Shown: positions 53,865 through 64,000 of the stretch, in pieces | Position numbering within the stretch: the first letter of the stretch is position 1 | Layout: each line of letters opens with the position of its first letter | Source of the DNA: Octopus vulgaris | Lineage: Eukaryota | DNA length: 64,000 nt | Reading direction: 5' to 3' | Assembly (NCBI GenBank): GCA_951406725.2 | Contig: OX597817.1 | Coordinates: forward strand, 75,640,001 to 75,704,000 | The notes under the pieces: generated by a model | Told to the model about the DNA's origin: nothing | The model's database searches: none | The model's input: only the letters and a program-made list of their open reading frames with translations | Translations under genes and position numbers: made by a program

Positions 53865-54690
53865 AGTTAACCATCCAATATGGCGGCGCACGTTGTTGAT
53901 GTTTTCTTCAAGTTTTGTGTTCCATCTAGGTTGTTTCCGTGCAGTAATTTCTGTACTTTGATCACTGTAGATAGCGACTGTGTGTATAAAAGTATTAATA
54001 TTCTAATAATTAACATCACACGATTCCATGTGTTCTCCAGCAACATCGTTGACAACATTAAACATTAGATCAGTCGGATTTTTTCTCACTCTTGTTGGGA
54101 ATAGTTTGTTCCTCAATGAAAGCTTCATTATAGAGTGTCCTAGCTACAATATCAATGTCTCAAATGTAGATAATACCGTGATGACATTTTTGGACAACTG
54201 CTTATGATGTGGGTGATATATTCGGTGTTAACTCCTCAAAGTCTGCATCGGTTGTAACGTTTTACTGCTTTTCCTGCATCTCTGTCTCTTTTGTGGATCA
54301 GGTACTTGGTTGATATTGCCTGTCCCTGGATTGCAAACGCACTCCTTTCGAAGTGGGAGGTAATAATCCGGCTATTGGTCCATGATAAACTGCTTTGATG
54401 ATCGATGTTACTATCATCACGGAGCTTTCTACTAACATATCCATGCATAGTCTTCTGCTCATACAGGCTCATCCTTTCATCTGATGATATGCTGCGGTAC
54501 AGTCGAGCGATTTCTTTGGTCATGTACTCTAGGTTGTCAGAGAGAAAGATTGTTTCTTAAGGAGCTGCCTTCCAAGTCTTATGATGTTATCAGCCTCGTG
54601 TATACAAACTTGGTCAAGGGATGCACTTAGACGCTTGGTGGTTAAAAAATGTTGCCGAAGGGATATGATACGACATTCAAAGGCATTTCG
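53865..54690 (-). mobile_element. R4/Dong-type (RLE) non-LTR retrotransposon fragments
   Basis: KTMHGY..., FAIQ.QAISTKY, and zinc knuckle CRL*...HIISSC..Y..RH; bordered by (TATG)n. Confidence 0.75.
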
Positions 54691-55090
54691 TATGTATGTA
54701 TGTATGTATGTATGTATGTATGTATGTATGTATGTATGTATGTATGTATGTATGTATGTATGTATGTGTGTGTGTATGTATGTATGTATGTATGTATGTA
54801 TGTATGTATGTATGTATGTATGTATGTATGTATGTATGTATGTATGTATGCTTGCATGCATGCATGTATGTATGTATGTATGCATGCATGTATATATGTA
54901 TATATAATATATAAATCTTTAGTTAAATATATTCAATGAGAATATTATATACTGAATTTACATTGAGTGCTCTATTGCATCAAAGTATTAATACTATTAA
55001 AGTATTATACATTTAATACGAGCGATTATATATATTATATAATATATTGCTATTAATATCAGGAAATCAATATTAGAAAATTCTTCAGAA

Positions 55091-55203
<113 letters not shown>

Positions 55204-55204
55204 G

Positions 55205-55412
55205 TGACCTCGTGAGTACCGCTGGCGATTTTTTCCCTCTGTCTTCCCTTCTTGGGATCTTTCCTTCTCCTATGTTTCCGACGAAGAGCTCCGCTCGAAA
55301 CGTTAAACCCTCTTTCTTCCCTTCTTTCCTGAGCGTCCAATAATACTTTATTTGTTCTATGTCCTCGCGTTGTTGTGTTTTTTTTTTTGTTTTCTTGTTT
55401 GGATTAACTTTA
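55205..55412 (+). mobile_element. Solo ~200-bp HHR element between (TATC)n and (TC)n
   Basis: Contains an HHR; related to 19748-19951. Confidence 0.72.
55274..55308 (+). ncRNA. Minimal hammerhead ribozyme motif (U4 to C variant)
   Basis: gttt-CCGACGA-agagc(tcc)gctc-GAAA-cg-TT-aaac. Confidence 0.72.
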
Positions 55413-56304
55413 TCTCTCTCTCTCTCTCTCTCTTTCTCTCTCCCTCTCTCTCTGTATATATATATATATATATGTGTGTGTGGCATAAACACATATTACT
55501 AGAGACATAATCTATTAAAAGCAAGAACAATAATCTTCACTTCCGGAGCGATGAAATGCGAAGCTGAAACCAGTTGGACTGTAACACAAAATGTAATCAA
55601 ACACTGCAAGATATTTAGTTCGTTAATTTCCTGCCTCTCCCACCCCACTTTCCACCGCCTCGTGAAACAAATTGTGAGCTTCTAGCTAGTTACTCGATTA
55701 ACTAGAAGGAGCAGCTAATTTTGTCTTAAATCTCACCTTCAAATTGGAAGGTTCACATTTGGAGAATGTGGTCATAGATATATGAAACAACGGAAGAGTT
55801 ACGAGATGATGTGTTTGATCAAAGTGTAGACCGCCACTACCACCACCATCACCACCACCACCACCACCACCACCACCACCACCACCATCACGAGCACGAC
55901 GACCAAGACTACCACCACCACCACCACCATCATCACCACCATATCCACAAACACCACGACAATAGTAATAAGAATCGTTACAACCACCACCACCACCACC
56001 ACCATCATCACCAACATCACCACCACCTTCACCACTACAAAAACAACACCAATAGCAACATTATCATCAGCCACCACCAACATCACAACCAAACTACGAC
56101 ATCATCACCATTAAACACCACCATTACTACGACCACTACAAATATCATCTCACCATCACCACCACTACCCCGCTCACTACCACCTTCACCTCCATCACTA
56201 TCATTTTCACCCACATCCCCACCACCATCACCACCACCACCACCACCACCACCACCACCACCACCACCACCTGAACATCAATTATAATATATTGGTTTCA
56301 AAGA

Positions 56305-56410
56305 TATTCTTTGTAAGCCTAGTACTTATTCTATCGATCTCTTTTGCCGAACCGCTAAGTTACGGGGACGTAAACACACCAGCATCAGTTGTCAAGTGAT
56401 GTTGGGGGAA

Positions 56411-56458
<48 letters not shown>

Positions 56459-56606
56459 TATATACGACGGGCTTCATTCAGTTTCCGTCTACCAAATCCC
56501 GAGGCTATAGTAGAAGACATTTGCTCAAGGTGCCACGTAGTGGGACTGAACACAGAACCATGTGGTTCGTAAGCAAGCTGCTTACCACACAGCCACCCCT
56601 GCGCCT
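56305..56606 (-). mobile_element. SINE family A, 3'-truncated
   Basis: Head ends ccacacagccacccctgcgcc. Confidence 0.85.
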
Positions 56607-57171
56607 AATTAGAAAGAAAAAGAAAGGAGGGGAAAAAAGAAAAAAAAAACATGGAATTTGATCTTGTTGTTGTTCGTTAATAGAAGGCTGAACAACAACA
56701 ACTATAGCAATCGCAGCTAAATATTGAAAGGGATTTAGCGCGGTGCTGCGCTGTAATGTCCTGTTGTTACTACTTGATTGCTTTTTAAAAACCAGCGTAA
56801 AGCGACGTTTGTAGTGTTAACAGTAATGATGGCGATGATAAAACTTGCTTTAAGTGAACATCATACATTAAAAGTAGGATTCTCTACAAGTGTAAAATCA
56901 TAAATGCTTTCATTCAGAATCGGAAGCAAATCGAACAGTTCTAGTACTTCAGAAACCATTTGTTGTGAATTGGTGTGTGTGCTTTACCTTAAGTGCTCGT
57001 TCTGTTTGTTAACAGTGTGCAAACGAAGGTAATTATGAACCACCTTTAAACCTCTTCATATCGTCTTATGCTTGCTCCTCTCTCAGGAACTGACGATCTT
57101 TTACCGTTCTTTTTAAGCAATTTGAAAAACTCCCATTCATATTAGTACCACCACCACCACCACTACTAATT

Positions 57172-57240
<69 letters not shown>

Positions 57241-57644
57241 ATGTCGCTTGCATAATTTTCCTCCCATTAAATCAATTGCCATTTACACAATATTCGTGTA
57301 TTCGTATTTAACGGATCAGCTAAAGACAATACGTGAAGTTTATGGCATCGCGATCATCATCATCATCACCATCGTCATTATCGTCATCCTCCTCATCCCC
57401 CCGTTCGTCCTCTTCACAACCATGACCATCATCACCTTCATCATTACTACTATTCCTTTTCTGTTCTCACATCCTACCACTTCGTCTTACATCTGATCCT
57501 AGCCGTCATCATTCCAATTGTCGCCATCATAATACTGGAGTACAACTTGTATTTTTTTCCGATGCCATATTACATAATAATAATAATAATCATAATAATA
57601 ATAATGACGATGATGATGATGATGATAATAATAATAATAATAAC

Positions 57645-57699
<55 letters not shown>

Positions 57700-57701
<2 letters not shown>

Positions 57702-57808
57702 CCTTTCGGGGTTGATAACAAGTGCCATTTGAGCTCTGGGGTCGATGTAATCGACTTACTCTAACTCCAAAAATTATTGGCCTTGTGCTAAAATTTTAAA
57801 CCATTATC

Positions 57809-57859
<51 letters not shown>

Positions 57860-58097
57860 GTTGTTGTTGTTGTTGTTGTTGGTAGAATCCCTAGCACTTC
57901 GGGCGAAATGCCGTTAAGCATTTCGTTTGCCTTTACGTTCTGAGTTCAAAATCCACCGAGGTCGACTTTGCCTTTCATACTTTCAGGGTCGATAAATTAA
58001 GTACCAGTCAAGTACTGGGGTCGATGTAATCGACTATCTCCCCTCCCCATTATATTTCAAGGCATTGTGCCTTTAGTAGAAAGGATTATTATTATTA

Positions 58098-58156
<59 letters not shown>

Positions 58157-58826
58157 GTTGTTGTTGTTGTTTTTGGTCTTAAAGCGAGTGAGCTGGCAGA
58201 ATCATTAGCACGCCGGGCGAAATGCCGCTAAGCATTTCGTCCGTCTTTACGTTCTGAGTTCAAATTCCGCCGTGATTGATTTTGCCTTTCATCATTTCGG
58301 AGGCGGGGGGTGGGTGTGTAATCGACTAGTCCCCTCCCGCCAAAATTTCATATAATAGAAAAAAGTATCATTAATATTATTATTGGCTTTAAGGAGGTTA
58401 GATGGTAGAAGTGTTACACGCCGGACAAAATGTTTAGCGGCATTTCTTCTGGCTTCATTTTCTGAGTTCAAATTCAGTGCTTAATTCATTGACTCCGAAA
58501 GTTTGAAAAGTAAAGTCAGTCTGGATTGCATTTCAAGGAACCGAAAAAAATACATTTTGTTTGATTCGTCGACGATTCTGTCAACTCCTGTAATAATGGT
58601 TTCAAAATTTGGCACAAGGCCAGCAAATTCGGGGGAGGTGAAAAGTCGATTACATTGCCTCCCTCCCCACCACTACCAGTTTTCAACTGGTACTTATTTT
58701 ATCCACCCCGAAAGGATGAAGGCCAAAATCGACCTCGGAGGAATTTGAGCTCAGGACGTAATAACAGGTGAAACACCGCTAAGCTTTTTGCCCGGCGCAC
58801 CAACAGTTCTGCCAGCTAGCCACCTT
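57700..58826. mobile_element. Cluster of about five SINE B copies (four +, one -) separated by (TTA)n/(TTG)n
   Basis: Repeated ttacgttctgagttcaaa..ttgcctttcat blocks. Confidence 0.85.
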
Positions 58827-60295
58827 ACCGGCTCCAATAATAATAGTTTGTTATCAAGTTTGGATATTTAACCACAATAAGTAAACACACCAGTACATTT
58901 ATCTAATCTTTTTACGGCATATGAGTGTAAGTGTGTGCGAGCGTGTATGTTTATGTAGGCGCGATTGTTTCTAATGAGGGAATGGACAGAAAAACGTACT
59001 TTCCGATGATATTTAGTTTACCCTTTAGAGAGAATCTTTATCTTGAAGTTAGTGTAATTCAGCTGTGGAAGAAATTAAAAAACAAATTGGTGAAAATCTG
59101 GTTAGAGGAAACAAATCGCTTATTGCAAGATTTGAATGCCCAAAATTGACATTATCGTTTTGTTGTTATTTTTTGGCGTGTAAAACTGTTTTCAATATTC
59201 ATTCAGTTCTAGAAATAGCTCTATAGCGATATCAGAAAATCATACATTTAGATATGTATTGAGGTGAATCGATATATGTAACGCGTATCGCTCGAAGATA
59301 AACATCCATGATCACCTATCGAGAAGGACAGTTCCCATCAGCTTACTAATTTAAAATCTTGGATTATGCCGCAAGCAAAGTGACTGAACAGTTTTCTTTT
59401 AAGATCATAGCTTTTATCGTTTGGCTTGGTAGTAAACAAATCTGCTTCCAGACATAAGACATCAGTTGTTATTATCTAGCTATATACCAGCTCTTATCAA
59501 GCTGACCTACAACCCAAAGCATACTGGCCGTGATCCTCCCATCTTTTCTTTTCAGGCAGTACCCTATATTACCCAATGTGTCCTTATTTTCAACCCATTG
59601 CCTGTGCTAAATGTTTTCATAAATTTATCCTAAATATCCATGCTTGTTTTCAGACTTTTAGCTAGCCCGTGTTTCATACATTCTGTTTAATATAAAGCTT
59701 CACTTACATGAGTCCGAAGTGGCTCTGGTGGTTGAAAAAAAAAATTAGGAATGTGTACATCATGCACGGTCGCCAGGAAAAGATGTCCTTTGTAGCACAT
59801 GTGAAACATAAGACAGGTAAATGGTTAAGACAGCACGGTGTTATTTGAAAGAGAGCTGGTAGCTGTTCTTTTTAAAGATGCCCGAAACAATGCAAAGAAG
59901 TATGTGTGTATATGTGGGTGCATGCGTGTGTGACTGTGTTTGTATTTTGATGGGCTTGTGAAGCCAGACGAGTTTGTTTCAATCGCAGTAGTGAAATAAT
60001 CCTTCTGGGATGTGTAATTTCTGCTTTTGTCATATTGTTTGGGATGTTCTCTTATAGTTGCTGTTGTCGTTGTTGATGCTGAAATTGTTGTTATTTATGA
60101 CAGTGCAGCTGCTACTGTTACTGTTGGTGTAGTTTCTGCAAGATCGAAACAAGAAAACAAGACATTCTGTAGTCCTATATTGAGCTTAGTTGATATATAT
60201 TAAGGCAGTTTCTGTTGTTTCTACTTTTTCTTACAAATACCCATTACTTCAACTTCTGTTTTATATTTGTTAGTATTCTGGAAGATATGACATAC

Positions 60296-60469
60296 TTCGT
60301 TTTCTTCGTGTTTTGTAGCTACAGTGAAAGACGTAATCTGTCGTTTTGTTTAACACTAACATTTGGCACTGGGTGACTTTAGCAGAGTCCACTCTACTGT
60401 TGCTATAATTCTGGTCAAATCTTCGGTTTCAGCGTACCTTCCAGCTTTTCTCACTTCTACTTGGTCAAT
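60296..60469 (-). other. Candidate exon of a spliced minus-strand transcript
   Basis: Acceptor tcttgtcttgttttctatcataactacAG and donor aa|GTATGT; a second strong acceptor lies 160 nt downstream at 60136. Confidence 0.4.
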
Positions 60470-60577
60470 CTGTAGTTATGATAGAAAACAAGACAAGACG
60501 CAGTGAGATTGAACGGAGAACCACGTAGTTGCAGATCCAAGTCTGCGTCCATTTGCTTTTCGCGTCCAATCGCGTCC

Positions 60578-60585
60578 CTTTTATA
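60578..60585 (-). promoter_or_regulatory. Candidate TATA box (TATAAAAG)
   Basis: Consensus TATA followed by three GGACGC repeats in a CpG-richer patch, with a CA dinucleotide ~31 nt downstream. Confidence 0.35.
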
Positions 60586-60693
60586 CAACTCAAATAATGT
60601 CACCCCCCTCAAGTATTTCGTTTTTTATTCTACGCTAATATTCCATATAGAATTGGAAACTTCCTGTAACCCCTTCTCCTTCTCTCTCTCTCT

Positions 60694-60747
<54 letters not shown>

Positions 60748-62008
60748 CATATATATATATATATATATATGAAAACTTCTTAACATTTTATATATTTTAC
60801 CATTTCTGTGTTATCTAAACTTGAATCTGAAGGATATACTCTTATGTGAGTTTGTATTTAGTTCAAGAACATTTGGAATTAGCAATTGTAAAAAATATAG
60901 CATAGCTTGCCCGAAAATGATTTCTCACATAAACACGAATCACAAGATTGATAGAATTAATAGGAGAGGAGGAATAAGAATAATGTATCACAATGCTTAT
61001 GTCTTTGCCAAAAAAAAAGCAACAAAAAATTGCATACAGAAGGAAAAACCCAACAAAAAGAGAACACTTTCAACGAGAAACCAAGTCACGGAATCGCTTT
61101 ACGGCAAACTTCCTATTGCAGCATTGTGCATGTCGCAGTTCAAATCGACAGGAACGTTTTAAAATGTTAAGTAGAAAGAACAACGGCAATAATGGCGTAT
61201 GTTCAATATAAATTACAAGATTAGTCCAGGTTGGCTAGATATTTTTATACCACCACCGCCATCGCTATCCATTTTCAACGTTACCAATATAGCTTCACTC
61301 AGGCACACGTTAAGATTTTTTATATCGTAATATAGGATTTGTAGGATATATAAGATATATATAGGAGAATAAAGATTCGATCACTTTAAGTTTCTTGATT
61401 AAATAAGTATCAGTTGTATATTTCCAGTTAAGCCTTGATCGAGCGAACCTATGATTTAAGTCGTGCCATCGTGACTATCCCATATTATTTTCCAAAGCTA
61501 TAGCCATCTCACGGAATCGAAGATAATTAGATAACACGTCCCATTCTTGTGCTAATTATTTTAGGTGTTTATGTAGTAACAAACAGGCATAGACGTTCTC
61601 ACGGTCCTCACAACATTGACCAAGCGGAACATTCAGCCGAAAAGAGAAAGGAAGAGCTGCAACATAATCCGGCAAGTATTTCCTTTGTCTGCTCTGAATG
61701 GATGACAGTCAATGTAAGACAACGTTGACTCCGGTTGGATTTCAACCCACAATGCAGAGCGCCGGAACATATATCGTAAGACATTTTATGCGATGCAATA
61801 ACGACTCATTTTCCTGAACTACATTACATTTTGTGACCTCTTTTGTTACAGTGGTGTGTAATTTAAGGGATATTTAGCAGCCTTTTTTTTAGCAAGTGGA
61901 CTGGCTATGTAAGTTTGATCGACTTTCTACTCAGCTTGATGCAAAATTTTAAATGAGTCAAAAGTAATCAAAATTATAATCTGTATTTTTACTCTCAAAG
62001 TTTAATAA

Positions 62009-63264
62009 CGAGGGTGGGCTGAAAAGTTCGCAGGCCGACTATGAAGGAGTGATAGAAGAGATGTGAATACTCGCATGCATTAATTTCAACTCTCCTAATA
62101 AATAACTGCATTGTTTTTTCCAAGTGAACTGATGTCTAACTGTTCAAAGAAGACTTCAAACCTAACTAGTTGTGACTTCTCTTGAACTGGACAAAATTTG
62201 GCATCGTGGTCTAATCAAGTACTTCAGAAAAAGGGTTTAGCCCCCAACGACATTCATGCTGATATACTTGCTCCATTAGGGGATGACGCTCCAGCTTTGT
62301 CAACGGTGCAAAAGTGGGCAACTGAATTTAGGAGGGAAAGGGAGAGTGTTGAAGATGACTTAATCACCTGTCATCCATGACAACACCGTGATTGATGGCA
62401 AGCGACTGACTATAAATCAAATAACCAACGATATCAGCATACTCCGTGAGACAGCTGAGGATATTCTGTATCATGAACTTGGCATGACGAAGGTTTCTGC
62501 TCGGTGGGTGGCACTACTGATCAAAAGTGCACTAGGCTGATCACATCACAGGAAAATGTGACATTGTTTCAGTCAGATCCAGGCTGGTTTTTTTTAATGT
62601 TTCCTAAGCCAGGATGAGCGTTGAGTTCATCACTTTGAGCCATAGACAAAGAGCCAATCTATGCGGTGGAAATATCCCTCCTCATCTGTTCCAAACAAAG
62701 CTAAGGTCGTCACCATCTGCAGGGAAGGTGATGGCCTCAGTTTTTTGAGATGCAAAAGGCATCGTATTTATTAACTATCTCCAAAAGGACCACACTGTGA
62801 ATGGAAAGTGCTATGCCAACTTGGTGAGGTAGCTATCAAAGGCTATCAAGACCAAACACCCAAGAAAACTAAAAAAGGACGAAAGGGGTTTTATTTCATT
62901 ATGACAAACTTCCAGCTAACAAGTCCTTAGTTTCAATGGATGCTGTGCATGACTGTGGCTTTGAAATGGTTGATCACCATCACTATTCTCCTAGTTTGGT
63001 TCCATCTGACTATCAACTGTCTCCAACATGAAAAGACACTTGGCTGGGAACCAGTGTCGCAGTGATGATCACATTATATCTGCTGTTGATGAGTTTTTTG
63101 AACAAGAGGATGAAAGCTCTTTCATCAATGAGATCCAAACTCTGCAACACTGATGGAAGAAGTGTGTGTACTGCAAGGGGTATTATGTTGAAAAGTAAAC
63201 CTCATCTGGTCACATTCCATGAGAGTATCTTGGTCAGCCCATAAACTTTTTCAGCCGGTCCTCG
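62009..63264 (+). mobile_element. Full-length but decayed mariner transposon (transposase pseudogene ~62187-63198)
   Basis: TIRs cgagggtgggctgaaaagtt and aactttttcagccggtcctcg|TA; VSARWV, YSPSLVPSDY and WKKCVYCKGYYVEK* motifs; many stops. Confidence 0.92.
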
Positions 63265-63286
63265 TATTACTTGAATATCTATTAAT

Positions 63287-63680
63287 AAGGTGGCGAGCTG
63301 GTAGAATCGTTAGCAAGTCGGGCGAAAATGCCTAAAGTCATTTCGTCCGTCTTTACGTTCTGAGTTCAAATTCCTCCGAGGTCAACTTTGCTTTTTATCC
63401 TTTCCGGAGTCGATAAAATAAGTACCAGTAATCGATTAACCTACTCCCCCGAAAGTGCTGGTCTTGTGTCAAAATTTGAAATCAATATCTATCATTGAAG
63501 CTATATACTCGATCAAGTTCTAACATTCCAGCTCTTTGCAATCCGAATTCAATTTACGCCGAGGTCATCTTTGTCTTTCATCTTTCCAGGGTCTATAAAA
63601 TAAAGTACCAGTCAAAATCCTGAGATCCATGAACTCGACTAAACCCTTCCCTCAAAAGTGCTGGCCTTGTGCCTAAATAA
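63287..63680 (+). mobile_element. Two SINE B copies
   Basis: aaggtggcgagctggtagaa head and a repeated body/tail2. Confidence 0.82.
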
Positions 63681-64000
63681 AAAACAATAAAGTTCTAACA
63701 AACATTTTTTACTCTCTCCTCCTCCTCCTCCTCTCTCTTTTTCTTCCTCTTGCTTCTTCTCACTCTGTCCGGTACTCTTCCTCTTAACTTTTCACTCTCA
63801 CTCTGTCCAATTTACATTCTTCTGTTGTTGCTCTAATTATTTATTCTATTTGTTTTATTCTTTTTCTTTCAGTGTTTTCGTTTACACCTTTCTCTGCCCC
63901 ACTTTGCCCTCCCTAACTCTCTCCCCTCTTCCTCCTCCCTTCTTCTTCCTCTTCTCTTTACGTCTCCTCATTAACATATTCAATCTCCCTCACTCCACAG

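Noticed and set aside
55811-56287. His/Pro-rich 158-aa ORF
   Set aside because: Degenerate (CAC)n microsatellite
63690-64000. Long polypyrimidine tract ending in CAG at the window edge
   Set aside because: Could be a splice acceptor but cannot be judged without downstream sequence

Overview
Eukaryotic, AT-rich, repeat-dominated DNA with no intact protein-coding gene that I can support. Most listed ORFs are translations of microsatellites. The tRNA-derived SINE families, very high microsatellite load and TE mix point to a coleoid cephalopod, most likely Octopus (inference from family recognition, not a database hit). Recognisable content: three to five SINE families, five degenerate mariner transposons, a Chapaev3-type DNA transposon, a Tc1/mariner-type MITE, four non-autonomous Helitrons (one nested in another), RTE and R4/Dong-type LINE fragments, and a 5'-truncated Penelope-like element (RT plus GIY-YIG). 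The most interesting signal is a dense set of minimal type-I hammerhead ribozyme (HHR) motifs: eight clear ones and several degenerate ones. They sit in short non-coding elements inserted into (TA)n or (TATC)n tracts, in a perfect 184-bp palindrome, in permuted or tandem units, and beside inverted or direct duplications of flanking DNA. This suggests a Penelope-driven, microsatellite-targeting retrozyme-like system. There is also a candidate TATA-driven spliced minus-strand transcript near 59.7-60.6 kb. Coordinates of degenerate repeats are approximate and were read by eye.
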